This document shows positions 1-9,611 of a stretch of DNA of 64,000 nucleotides, piece by piece. The number at the start of each line of letters is the position of its first letter. Positions within the stretch are counted from its first letter, which is position 1. Position numbers and translations under genes: made by a program. Source of the stretch: Gemmatales bacterium (GTDB taxonomy: Bacteria > Planctomycetota > Planctomycetia > Gemmatales > HRBIN36); NCBI GenBank assembly GCA_041640595.1, contig JBEPZY010000007.1, forward strand, positions 85,611 through 149,610. Reading direction: 5' to 3'. The notes below the pieces were generated by a model that saw only the letters and a program-made list of their open reading frames with translations, made no database searches and was not told the DNA's origin.

Positions 1-290
1 GGTTAGCGGCCAGTGATCAGTGGCCGGCGAAGCATCTGGATAGTGGTTAGTGGCCAATGGCTAGTGGCCGGTTGCCGGAGAAGCATTTGAATAGTGGCTA
101 GTGATCAGTGGTTAGTGGCCAGTTACCGGGGAAGTATTTGGCCAGTGGTTACCGATGCTGCACCTTGCTGTCTCCCGGCGCCAGCAGTGGTCAGTGGGGT
201 TACAAATGGCCGGTGGTCGGTTGCCGGGAAAATATATGACCGGTGGTCAATGATATTTCAAGTGGCTAGTTGCCGGTAGTGCGACGGTTG
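1..290. repeat. Degenerate heptamer (AGTGGYY-like) repeat array with a 51-bp higher-order period
   Basis: Runs of agtggtc/agtggcc/agtggct/agttgcc. A ccggNgaagNatNtg-like anchor starts at 24, 75 and 126 (period 51), with a more degenerate copy at 224. Confidence 0.8.
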
Positions 291-378
291 GCGGATATGT
301 TCGGCGTCCTCAGATGGCCAGTTGCCGCAGAAGCGGGATGGGCACGTACACGATTTGCCGATCATTATGACCGGCAGG

Positions 379-858
379 CTAGGTCCTGGAAACAATCGTG
401 ACCAGAGCCTGGCAAGCGATGCCTTCGCTACGCCCGATCGCGCCCATTCCCTCGCTGGTTTTGGCTTTGATGTTGACTCGATCGAGGGGCAATCCCAGCA
501 ATTCTGCCAGCCGTCGTCGGATAGACTCTTTATACGGCCCTAGCCTGGGTGTTTCTGCCAGAATAATAACATCCACCTGGTGAACCTGGTAGCCCTTTTC
601 GTTCAGACGATTGAGGGTTTCCCGCACGAATATGGCAGAGTCGGCACCGTGCCAGTGCGGGTCGGTATCAGGGAACCACTCACCAATATCGCCAAGCCCA
701 GCCGCGCCGAGCATGGCATCCACGACTGCATGCAAGACCACGTCTGCGTCGCTATGCCCAACCGTGCCTAATGGCGAAGGAATTTCCACTCCGCCCAGCT
801 TTAGCGGTCGGCCAGGCAACAAGCGGTGACTGTCATAGCCCAGACCGGCACGAAGCAT
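379..858 (-). CDS. ispF: 2-C-methyl-D-erythritol 2,4-cyclodiphosphate synthase
   Basis: GLGYDSHRL, GHSDADVVLHAVVDAMLGAAGLGDIG and NIKAKTSEGMG motifs; 159 aa. Confidence 0.97.
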   Translation of the reverse strand: MLRAGLGYDSHRLLPGRPLKLGGVEIPSPLGTVGHSDADVVLHAVVDAMLGAAGLGDIGEWFPDTDPHWHGADSAIFVRETLNRLNEKGYQVHQVDVIILAETPRLGPYKESIRRRLAELLGLPLDRVNIKAKTSEGMGAIGRSEGIACQALVTIVSRT

Positions 859-934
859 GTGTTGTTCCTCTAAGCAATGTCATTGTAGTTCGGAGACGAC
901 CATCTTGCTTGCCCAGGTATGAGGTTACGGTTCA

Positions 935-1125
935 GGTGGCCCGTGATCAGTCGGCCTTACAAGTGGTCAGTGGTCAGTGGCTGGTGGTCAGTTGCCGGAG
1001 AAGGATGTACGCGGCAATTCGTCGGCTCAGAAGTGGCCGGTGGTTAGTGGCTTTACAAGTGGTCAGTGGTCAGTGGCTGGTGGTCAGTTGCCGGAAAGTG
1101 ATTTGGCTGTGGTCGGTCGCCGGTG
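935..1125. repeat. Second array of the same heptamer family, including an exact 43-bp direct repeat
   Basis: ttacaagtggtcagtggtcagtggctggtggtcagttgccgga occurs at 957-999 and 1053-1095. Confidence 0.85.
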
Positions 1126-1410
1126 GTGCGACAGTTACTCGAGAAGTTCGGTATGCTCAGGCAGGGCGGAGATCGAGCAACGAAACCGATAGACCGTATC
1201 CGATTCCTCGGCGGGCCTCCCAAGACATAGCGGCAGAAGTTGTTGCATGGCATGCCCAATATCAGCTCAAGCATAGGCAATGTTTCCTGGCTCGCAAGAT
1301 TTAGTGGCGGAAGTTGCTCTATGCTATGTGCTTGAACCCGCATGCAAGTCTATTTTCAACATCAGCTACCCCAGCCTGAGTGTTTCCTATACACTCACGA
1401 ACCGCCCTTA

Positions 1411-2094
1411 TCAGTTCGAGGAAGCCACGGTTCGGCCCTGCAGTAAAAATTGACCAGGTTCGACTCGCAAATTTTCCAGGCGAAACGTGGGGGCTCGACG
1501 ACTGGATTGAAAGCGCACGACGGCTACCGGCAGACCTTCATGGCGATACCATTGAATTTCCAGATTGCGACGACGAAGAGCCTGGGCGAGCAATTCCTGG
1601 ACATAGCGCACGGGTACCGGAATTGCTCCGACGCGGACACGGCGGACTTGCACCATCACGGTGTCGCTTTCGTGGGCACTTGTCCAGAGCCGCAACTCCA
1701 CCGACACCACTACACTCCAGCTTCCCCGGCCATAGCGGAATCCGACCAGCACCGTGTCCGCATCAAACGCCACCCGCAACTCGCGGATATGCCGAGGCAG
1801 CTCAGTACGGTCGAGGTGTGCCTCGATGAAACCTTCTGCCAGGTAACTGTTCACTTGTTCCTGGGTCAACCGCAATTGCCAGGGCCTATCCGGTTCGGGG
1901 TCGTTCAGCAAACTCAACAGGGTGCTGACCTGACGGTAAAACTCTTCCGAAAGTTGGGTACGGCGGGGACCTGGCGGCACTTCGGCCCGGCGATAGTAAC
2001 CGGGTTCGTGCTGCAACAGCACTACCAGGCCGGCTATCAGAGCCGCCACAATCAGCGAACTGACCAGTGTGCCTGCCCACCACCAACGCCGCAT
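1411..2094 (-). CDS. Hypothetical membrane-anchored protein
   Basis: 227 aa with an N-terminal hydrophobic helix and a beta-rich body; purine-rich RBS (aaggaggag) upstream. Confidence 0.75.
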   Translation of the reverse strand: MRRWWWAGTLVSSLIVAALIAGLVVLLQHEPGYYRRAEVPPGPRRTQLSEEFYRQVSTLLSLLNDPEPDRPWQLRLTQEQVNSYLAEGFIEAHLDRTELPRHIRELRVAFDADTVLVGFRYGRGSWSVVVSVELRLWTSAHESDTVMVQVRRVRVGAIPVPVRYVQELLAQALRRRNLEIQWYRHEGLPVAVVRFQSSRRAPTFRLENLRVEPGQFLLQGRTVASSN

Positions 2095-2266
2095 CCCTTG
2101 CTCCTTCCTTGGCCAGGATGCTAACCTACCACGGTCCTGAGATCAATTGCAGTTATGCCTCCCCGCATACCCTGTTGTGAAAGCTGCCGCAATTTATGGG
2201 CAAGGCGGAGGCACTTCAACAACGCACCGCATCAACATGCATTTCCGTCGCCAAGTGGGGGCGAAA

Positions 2267-3415
2267 TTAGACAGTGGCCGTTTCGGTTACCGTTGGATTT
2301 TCCAGTGCCTCAGAGGCACGCCTGAGTTTTTGCGATACCTCGTAGCCCTGCGGTGTGGTGCTATATGCGAAATATCGTTCGATGCCGGACGGGTCGTTGG
2401 CCATGCCATGTGTGGTATGGGGGCGCGGTTGCCAGTGCAACTGGGCCAGAAGCTGCTGTAACTCAGGCAACAGCTGTTCAGCCCAGCGGCGAGCAATTTC
2501 CGCTTCCTGCGCGGTTAGATCAGGCGTCAGCGAGCGGGTTTCGCAAGGATATTCAGGAAATGCCTCGTACAGGTTGACGCTTCGCACTGCCGGAATGCCA
2601 AATAGTTCAGCGACCTTGGTGGCACAATTTTGCGGACACCCGTTCAGGGCGACTGTAGGAAAATCGCGGTAATAGTGCACATCTTCAGGCACTCCGGCAG
2701 CCAGAGCCGAAATGCAAAGCGGTTGCGACTTGCCCAGCAGCTTGTCCTGATCCTCGCACAGATGATAGGCAGTTCGCTGAGCGATACGGGCCCCGCTGCG
2801 CTTAATCCCCTGGCAAGGTAAAAGCGTCAAACCTTGGGCAGCAGGAGCAGTTTCCCCAGTCGCAGCAGGATCGGAGTTTTGAGCCTGCGCTGCTTGTGCC
2901 ACGCTGGTAGCGCAAGAATTGTCAGCGCTACCGGGGAAATGCTCATGGTCGGTCTGGACATGGTTCTGACACTGGCAGGCGAAGGGACATCCAGTTGGCA
3001 TTTGGCCGCTCGCAACATCCGTCGGCCAGGGGGCATCTGCAAGCACAAGCTGGAGTCGCTCAGCGACAGCCTCGGCGAGCTGTTTGCCTGAAGTTTCCAA
3101 TTCCTTACGTGTGCGGCCTGGCGTGAGGCGTTTTTCACGGATGATCCGCGATACTTCAACTTTCGCTGCTGGGGTCGCACCAATCAGTTTCATGACATGA
3201 CTGGCACAGCGTAAAACGCAGCCTTCAATGACCACTACCGGATGTTCCAGGGCTAAACGCCTCTCCTCTTCACTTCCAGCCAGCAGAGCCGGGATGGAAA
3301 GAATCTCCGTGTCTTCAGGGCAGGCGGCATGGGTCAGGTAAGCGGCTCGACGGGTCACGTTAGCAACGACCTTGCCAACTCCCATGCAGGGTGCCAGCAC
3401 TACTTTTTCGCTCAT
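2267..3415 (-). CDS. Protein with two tandem DGC-type (putative zinc-binding) domains
   Basis: Domain 1: PCMG...VVVIEGCVLRCA. Domain 2: PCQG...PLCISAL...VALNGCPQNCA. The start overlaps the gcvH-like stop (ATGA). Confidence 0.75.
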   Translation of the reverse strand: MSEKVVLAPCMGVGKVVANVTRRAAYLTHAACPEDTEILSIPALLAGSEEERRLALEHPVVVIEGCVLRCASHVMKLIGATPAAKVEVSRIIREKRLTPGRTRKELETSGKQLAEAVAERLQLVLADAPWPTDVASGQMPTGCPFACQCQNHVQTDHEHFPGSADNSCATSVAQAAQAQNSDPAATGETAPAAQGLTLLPCQGIKRSGARIAQRTAYHLCEDQDKLLGKSQPLCISALAAGVPEDVHYYRDFPTVALNGCPQNCATKVAELFGIPAVRSVNLYEAFPEYPCETRSLTPDLTAQEAEIARRWAEQLLPELQQLLAQLHWQPRPHTTHGMANDPSGIERYFAYSTTPQGYEVSQKLRRASEALENPTVTETATV

Positions 3416-3876
3416 CGGTTGATATCCCCTTTGATGGTGCGTTGCGTTTCTTCCCAGGTGGCCTCCAGGTATGCTTTATATTCCTCGCTGCTCCAGGTTT
3501 CACCCTGAGCTTCCGCCAGTTCGAATAGCCAACCCGTGCCGTAACCATCAAGGTTAATTGGCGAGGGGTCTTGCAACAATGCCTGATTGAATTGCACGAT
3601 ACGTCCGGCCATAGGTGCAAAGAGGTCCGCGGTGGCTTTGGAAGTTTCGATATGGCCAATCGGTTGCAAGTAGGTCACCGTGTCGCCGACGTTTACATAC
3701 CAGTCCAGGAAATACACGTCTTGCATGAGTCGAACGGCATAAGCAGTGAAACCAAAACGCCAGACCTCGCCCAGTCGCTGACACCACATGTGATTGCGAC
3801 AATAACGCCGATCGCCTGGCAACACGGCCGCGAATTTCCCCATCCAGAAGGTAACAGTGCCCGAATCCTGGCTCAT
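3412..3876 (-). CDS. Glycine cleavage H-like lipoyl-carrier protein (copy 1)
   Basis: DRRYCRNHMW, GFTAYA, IETSKATADLFAPMAG (lipoyl Lys position), PINLDGYGTGWLFE. Confidence 0.9.
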   Translation of the reverse strand: MSQDSGTVTFWMGKFAAVLPGDRRYCRNHMWCQRLGEVWRFGFTAYAVRLMQDVYFLDWYVNVGDTVTYLQPIGHIETSKATADLFAPMAGRIVQFNQALLQDPSPINLDGYGTGWLFELAEAQGETWSSEEYKAYLEATWEETQRTIKGDINR

Positions 3877-3946
3877 GGCTTATCGGTCATAGTATAAGCG
3901 AGGCTGAAAATTTAGTGGTAAACAGGGCGACTACTTCCCATGTTTG

Positions 3947-5293
3947 TCAGGTATAGCGAGACGTTCGGTGTTGCGGCAGGAAAAATACCGGCAAGAGCCG
4001 ATCTACTTGCAGCAAGCCACGCCGTGTCAGGACGATTTCTTTGTCATTGTAATCTAAATATCCTTCTGATTGCAGCCAGGCAAGTTCCTCTCCAAACCGG
4101 AGAGTTAAGTTCTCACCAAATTTATTGCGGAAATAATCAAGCGCAACATTCCCCGTTTTCAATTGCAGGATAAATTCGCGTATGCACAGCTCTAAGGGAG
4201 TGCACTGATAGGCTCGATAAAACGGCAAACGTCCTTCTTGTAAGGGGCCCAGGTAGCTATCCCACTCAGTCTGGTTTTGTACGTGTACGCCACCGATGTG
4301 CCCAAAGGATGCCACACCTGTGCCTACTAAGTCCGCTCCATGCCAGAGAGCATCGCGATATAAGAAACGCACTCGCTGTTTGTCACGCACTACCGTATAG
4401 GCACTGGAAATTTCATAGCCAGCTGTGATAAATTCGTTAAAAGCATAGTCCACCCAGGCACGTTTAGTCGGCCAATCGGCCAGGTTAAACGGCAGGGGCT
4501 GACCTGATCGGGCCGCTTTGGAATACTCTGTGTTATAAGGTAATTCCATCTGATAAATGGTAATGCTATCCGGTTGCAAAGCCAGTGCCTGCTGAACACA
4601 CGTACGCCAATTGTCCCACGTTTCACCCACCATTCCGGCAATCAGGTCTATATTAATTTGCGGGAAAGCAAGTTCTTTCGCCCAATGATAAGCACGAAAA
4701 ATTTCTGCAGCATGGTGGGCCCGCCCGTTCTCTTCCAGAATGGCATCATTGAAGTTCTCAACACCGATACTTAGTCGAGTAACACCGAGCTCGCGCAGGG
4801 CTTCCAGTTTCTGTTTTTGTAAAGTGCCTGGTTCGCATTCAAAAGTAACTTCCTGGATGTTATCCCAGGAGAAAAATCTTTTCAATTCGCCGAATAAATC
4901 CCGAAGCTGTCGCACACTTAGATAGGATGGCGTACCTCCACCAAAGTAAACAAAATCCAACGGCCGTCCCTGGAGTGCGGGTTTCCGGGAGTAAAGGTCT
5001 ATTTCTCTGAATAAACCTTCCAGATACTCTTCGATTTGACGGGCATTTTTATCCGTGTAAACGCGATAATAGCAAAACTTGCAGCGTTTGCGACAAAAGG
5101 GAATGTGTACATACAATCCCAGAGGGATCTCTTTTTTTGGAGTTTGCGATAGAGCGGTTTCAGCCGCGGGAATATAATCAGGTTTCCAGAGCGAAAAAGG
5201 AGGATAATTGGCGATAAAGTAATTACCGAGGCCGGTTTTCTCATCGGTGCTGGATAGGCTTAGCCGACTGGCAGTTGCCGATGTAGTGGTCAT
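3947..5293 (-). CDS. HemN/HemW-like (class C) radical SAM enzyme
   Basis: LYVHIPFCRKRCKFC, VYFGGGTPS, RLSIGVE and NIDLIAG motifs. ATG at 5293 sits 1 nt after the upstream TAA. Confidence 0.9.
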   Translation of the reverse strand: MTTTSATASRLSLSSTDEKTGLGNYFIANYPPFSLWKPDYIPAAETALSQTPKKEIPLGLYVHIPFCRKRCKFCYYRVYTDKNARQIEEYLEGLFREIDLYSRKPALQGRPLDFVYFGGGTPSYLSVRQLRDLFGELKRFFSWDNIQEVTFECEPGTLQKQKLEALRELGVTRLSIGVENFNDAILEENGRAHHAAEIFRAYHWAKELAFPQINIDLIAGMVGETWDNWRTCVQQALALQPDSITIYQMELPYNTEYSKAARSGQPLPFNLADWPTKRAWVDYAFNEFITAGYEISSAYTVVRDKQRVRFLYRDALWHGADLVGTGVASFGHIGGVHVQNQTEWDSYLGPLQEGRLPFYRAYQCTPLELCIREFILQLKTGNVALDYFRNKFGENLTLRFGEELAWLQSEGYLDYNDKEIVLTRRGLLQVDRLLPVFFLPQHRTSRYT

Positions 5294-5294
5294 G

Positions 5295-6386
5295 TTATTG
5301 TTCCGCTGTTTGGCCAAAGCAATAGAGCAGTCCGTCCTGCGTGCCGATCACAAGATGGCGGTCGGTGATGGCCGGCGAAGCAGTAATTGGTCCGCCTAAA
5401 GCTGCCGACCAGATCACCTTACCGCTGCCTAATTCTAGGCAATAAAGCTGGCCATCGGATGAGCCGACATAAACGTGGCTCCCAGCAATGACAGGTGAAC
5501 TATCTACTTTGCCGCGCGTTGGCGTTCGCCACCGTTGCTTACCCGTTTTAGCATCCAGAGCATAAACGGCTCGGTCGCGGCAACCGACTACCACCAGATC
5601 GCCGGACACCGCAGGGGAAGAGTAAAACGGAAACGGTCGTTCTGGTTCAAAACGCCAGACGACCTTTCCTCGTTTCCAATCCACGGCCAGCAGGGTTTTG
5701 TCCATGTTGCCCACATATAGAATATCGTTCAGCACGGCTGGGGAACCGCCAACCTGCGCCCCTAATTCTAAGCTTCTCGTTTCTTTACCGGTTGCTAAAT
5801 CCACCACGTGGAGGCGCGAATCGCAGCCCCCGAAGATAGCATGGTCATCGGCAATAGCAGCCGTTGCGTTGACTGGCCCTTCTGTAGCCAGCTTCCAAAT
5901 CAGTTTGCCAGTCTTGGCTTCCAGACAGTAAAAATTCTCATCGTAGGAGCCGACAAGGAGCCGACCTTTCCAGAAAGCCGCTCCTGCGATGATTTCCGCT
6001 TCCGTCTTGAATGTCCAAAGTTGCTTGCCACTAGCTGCTTCGACGGCGTGCAAAGTTCCACGCATATCGCCAACATAAATGATTCCATCTTGCCAGGCCG
6101 GTGGCGCCTTCAATTGCGAACCAGCATGGTATTTCCAGCGCTGTTTCCCCGTGGCTAATTCCAGGGCATATAGATGTTCGTCCATGCAGGAAACGTACAC
6201 AGTATCACGAACGATAACCGCGGCGGATTCGATACTGTCACCGAGCTGAACACGCCAGTATTGCTTCAACGGTGGGATTAAACCGTCCATGCGAAACGCA
6301 GTTTGTCGAAGGTCACCTCGCCAGGTTGGCCAGTCGGCCGCCAGTGCGGCAGTTGCGACTACAACTATCATCCCAACCAGGGCCAT
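5295..6386 (-). CDS. Secreted PQQ-like/BamB-family beta-propeller protein (start uncertain, 6386-6467)
   Basis: Signal peptide, then ADWPTWRGD, then repeated (A/C)L(D/E)xxTGKxxW blades. Confidence 0.9.
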   Translation of the reverse strand: MALVGMIVVVATAALAADWPTWRGDLRQTAFRMDGLIPPLKQYWRVQLGDSIESAAVIVRDTVYVSCMDEHLYALELATGKQRWKYHAGSQLKAPPAWQDGIIYVGDMRGTLHAVEAASGKQLWTFKTEAEIIAGAAFWKGRLLVGSYDENFYCLEAKTGKLIWKLATEGPVNATAAIADDHAIFGGCDSRLHVVDLATGKETRSLELGAQVGGSPAVLNDILYVGNMDKTLLAVDWKRGKVVWRFEPERPFPFYSSPAVSGDLVVVGCRDRAVYALDAKTGKQRWRTPTRGKVDSSPVIAGSHVYVGSSDGQLYCLELGSGKVIWSAALGGPITASPAITDRHLVIGTQDGLLYCFGQTAEQ

Positions 6387-6452
6387 TCCTGAAAGCCACA
6401 GCGGGCTCGGTCTCTTGCTTCCGGACCTCTCGACACCTAGAAAATAGTCGCC

Positions 6453-6908
6453 ATGGCTGGGCCGCATGATTTGCTTGCTCCCGGTGACATTCGCATTGCC
6501 ACTGACCGATGGTATCATCGAGACCATTATTGGATTTTATTCGATTCTCCACAGCCGGGCTATTGCCGCTTTGGTTTATCCGCTTATGTTTGTCGCCCAG
6601 GCATCGAGGTGTACTTCGTGGAAGATCTGGCTCTACCCGGACAGGAGATTGCGGAAGGCGACCTGCTCGGGGTCATCGAGACGGAGAAAGCGGTGGTTTC
6701 CCTATATAGTCCGATGCCCTGTCGTGTTCATGCGATCAATCAGGATGTCCTATGCGATCCCAATGCAATTAGTTTTGACAACTATGGGACATGGATATTA
6801 GAGGTACAAGCGGCCGGTTTCCCGAAGTTGCTTAGTCCGGAGGAATATCTGGCCTATTTGCAAACGTTACCGCCTCCTCAGTGTTTCACTAAATCGCCAG
6901 CATCTTAG
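6453..6908 (+). CDS. Glycine cleavage H-like lipoyl-carrier protein (copy 2), opposite strand to its neighbours
   Basis: DRWYHRDHYW, FGLSAY, VIETEKAVVSLYSP (Lys retained), DNYGTWILEV, LLSPEEY. Confidence 0.85.
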   Translation: MAGPHDLLAPGDIRIATDRWYHRDHYWILFDSPQPGYCRFGLSAYVCRPGIEVYFVEDLALPGQEIAEGDLLGVIETEKAVVSLYSPMPCRVHAINQDVLCDPNAISFDNYGTWILEVQAAGFPKLLSPEEYLAYLQTLPPPQCFTKSPAS

Positions 6909-6921
6909 TTCACGCGCATCA

Positions 6922-8094
6922 TTAGTAGGCGGACTGGTAGAGAGCCAGAAAGTCCTCAAAGATTACCGGCCGAGGATTAAATTTGCCCGTCCACTGCTGC
7001 GTGGCTTCTTCAGCTAGAACGGGCAGAATATCGCGATTGACACCCAGGTCACGCAGGGAGTCCGGCAAACCCGCATACTTTCGCAATGACTCTATACGTT
7101 GCGCAACTGCTTCTGCCGGGGAATCATGATACTCCAACCGCGCAACTTGAGCAAGTTCAAGATAAAGATTGTTCACAGCTGGGGCATTGAAACGAATAAC
7201 ATGTGGCAACATGAGCGAGACAGCCAGACCGTGAACGATGCCATAATGGGCGGTGAGTGGGTTGGCCAGGGCGTGAGCCGCTCCCAACATAGACATTTCA
7301 ATGGCTTGTCCGGCATAATGAGCACCAAGCTGCATCGCTGCTCGCGCTTCTAAGTCCTCTGGCGAGTCCAGCACCCGACAAAAATGGTGCTCTAATAAAC
7401 GCCACGCCTCACGGCTAAATAGCTGCGACCAGGGATTGCGCTTAGTGCAAACATAACTTTCGATGGCGTGAGCGATAGCGTCCAGGCCAGTGTCCGCCGT
7501 TACGTGTCGCGGTTGCGTGATAGTTACCACGGGGTCCAGGATAGCGATCCGAAAGGCCGCCTTTCGATCGCCGCAGGCCATTTTCATGTGCGTTTGCGGG
7601 TCGGCGATCAGGGCATACGATTGTGCTTCGCTTCCTGTTCCCGCGGTGGTAGGAATACCTATCGAAGGTAACATAGGCCTGGCGGCTTTCCCGTAACCCC
7701 GATAATCCTGCATACATCCGCCATTGGTGTAGAGGAAGTTAATGCCCTTGGCGCAATCCATAGCGCTCCCACCACCGACCGCGACAATACAATCCGGCTG
7801 GAAACGCTGGGCTATACTGGTGCCCGCTTCGACATGTCGCGTGGTCGGATTTTCTTCCACACCATCGAATACTTCCACGCATAAACCTGCCGCAACCAAC
7901 GAAGCAATGGCTTTCTGCGGATGACCGGCAGCTTCTAAGCCTGGATCGGTGACCAGAAGGACGCGATTTGCACCAAGTTCACGGGCTAATTCCCCCAGGC
8001 AAGCAATTGCTCCGGCGCCAAAAAAGACCCGCGTGTTAGGAACATAGTCGAACGAGGTAAGTAGCGGCAGCGTGGCTATAGTCTTATCGTACAT
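6922..8094 (-). CDS. Iron-containing alcohol dehydrogenase
   Basis: GGGSAMDCAK, PTTAGTGSE, DAIAHAIES and AAHALA...HG motifs. Confidence 0.95.
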   Translation of the reverse strand: MYDKTIATLPLLTSFDYVPNTRVFFGAGAIACLGELARELGANRVLLVTDPGLEAAGHPQKAIASLVAAGLCVEVFDGVEENPTTRHVEAGTSIAQRFQPDCIVAVGGGSAMDCAKGINFLYTNGGCMQDYRGYGKAARPMLPSIGIPTTAGTGSEAQSYALIADPQTHMKMACGDRKAAFRIAILDPVVTITQPRHVTADTGLDAIAHAIESYVCTKRNPWSQLFSREAWRLLEHHFCRVLDSPEDLEARAAMQLGAHYAGQAIEMSMLGAAHALANPLTAHYGIVHGLAVSLMLPHVIRFNAPAVNNLYLELAQVARLEYHDSPAEAVAQRIESLRKYAGLPDSLRDLGVNRDILPVLAEEATQQWTGKFNPRPVIFEDFLALYQSAY

Positions 8095-8116
8095 AAGCTC
8101 GCTCCAGGGCTGGGCA

Positions 8117-9550
8117 CTAAATGCGAATCCAGTCGCGGTCGAATTGAAAAGCCCTGGCCCGGAATAGGAAGTCCACGATGTTCCCCTCGTGGGGTTGTAG
8201 CCAGTTGAGCTTGATAGTCGGGATCGGACCGATGTTAAGACGGTCTATATGCACGGCGTCGGTAAGAGCCCGTTGAAACCTAGCGTCGGCAGTGATGGCA
8301 GTGCACACCAAAGTAGGCCCAATTTTTTCTAACATTTTTTCCTGGGGGCATTCGACAACGGTAACAAACGGGAACATGTATTCTTTCCTGGCGATGGCAA
8401 CTTCTGGTGAGGAGCAATAAATCACCATAGGCCGTAAGTAAGCACAACGTTCGCGCTTCACCAGACGTGGACCGAACCGGGCGGTCATATCCTCAACGCC
8501 AGGTTGGGCGAGATCGCGTTCGATGTCGGCGTATATAGCTTCTGCCTGACCAGGCACGGTAAAAGCAGCCAGTTGCGCCTGGGGATCATCTGGCGGCCTG
8601 GGCTCGATAGGGCCGAGACGTTCTGCGAGAGCCTCGGCGATCTTGCGTCCATGCCGCGACACCCAAATGCCGGAGCAGTTGATGCACCCGCGGCCGCTAT
8701 TGACGAGGACGCTATCCACCATGAGGTCCAGATATTTTTCCCATTCGTCCACCTTATCATCGCCAAACAGTATTTTACTGAAACCCGGGCCATGCACCTG
8801 CACTCGCGGATTGCCTTTATATTGTTCCACGGTCTGTGTGCTTCCAAAAATCAAGGTACGCGGACAAGAGTTTACCACGGCAGCGCCAACGTCGCCCAGG
8901 CCAGGATAAATTGCTATTGCCTGTTTTGGAACTCCGGCTTCGATAAAAGCCTGGGTCATACGATAGGGTGTCCACGGCTCCTGCGGGCCTGGCTTCAGTA
9001 CCAGACCAATCTGCAACGGAATAATCGGCAACCAGAGCGTGTGAACTCCGGGGGAGTTGCTTGGAAGAACCAGACCTAACACTGGCGACTGGCATTGATA
9101 ACTTATCGGGACGCCCCGGCTTTCCACACCATAGCCGCGCGACAAAATCTCTAAGTCCAGGCCACGGGTTAGCGAGTCTAAAATTTTATCCATATTAGTC
9201 AGGACAAAATGGTTTTTCTCCATATTGAAACGGCACATATGTTCGGGCATGCCGGTGGTAGCTGACTGCATGCGGACGAACTGCTCCGGTGTCTGTGTCC
9301 CATTTCCCAGCGGGAGTTCGGCACGGGTGTAAAGATCGGCTGCCTTACGAAGCATAGCCAACAAATCGCGGATGGGAATTTCGCGCAGCACTTCGCGTGC
9401 CCGGCGAGCGTGGCGCATATCACGTTCGACCAGCGCAGCATTAGCACGACTAACTTCCGCTAACACTTCGCCGGTCTCAAAATGCACAACTCGGTCAACT
9501 TCCATGCTGCGATAATGTTCTCCCCAACGCGATATTGGTATATGCAACAT
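8117..9550 (-). CDS. Aldehyde dehydrogenase-fold / acyl reductase (GriD/EhpG/LuxC-like)
   Basis: LPSNSPGVH, LKPG, HGPGFSK, NSGRGCINCS (candidate catalytic Cys), EYMFPF. It lacks the canonical ELGG motif and lies next to the EhpF-like gene. Confidence 0.8.
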   Translation of the reverse strand: MLHIPISRWGEHYRSMEVDRVVHFETGEVLAEVSRANAALVERDMRHARRAREVLREIPIRDLLAMLRKAADLYTRAELPLGNGTQTPEQFVRMQSATTGMPEHMCRFNMEKNHFVLTNMDKILDSLTRGLDLEILSRGYGVESRGVPISYQCQSPVLGLVLPSNSPGVHTLWLPIIPLQIGLVLKPGPQEPWTPYRMTQAFIEAGVPKQAIAIYPGLGDVGAAVVNSCPRTLIFGSTQTVEQYKGNPRVQVHGPGFSKILFGDDKVDEWEKYLDLMVDSVLVNSGRGCINCSGIWVSRHGRKIAEALAERLGPIEPRPPDDPQAQLAAFTVPGQAEAIYADIERDLAQPGVEDMTARFGPRLVKRERCAYLRPMVIYCSSPEVAIARKEYMFPFVTVVECPQEKMLEKIGPTLVCTAITADARFQRALTDAVHIDRLNIGPIPTIKLNWLQPHEGNIVDFLFRARAFQFDRDWIRI

Positions 9551-9611
9551 ATTAGATTCTCCCCTCTTGTTCGCTTTTGGTTCCTCAATTTGGTTCGCTA
9601 CCTATACACGA

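Noticed and set aside
1..290. CRISPR array
   Set aside because: The units are degenerate and the intervening sequence is itself heptameric. There are no unique spacers and no cas genes.
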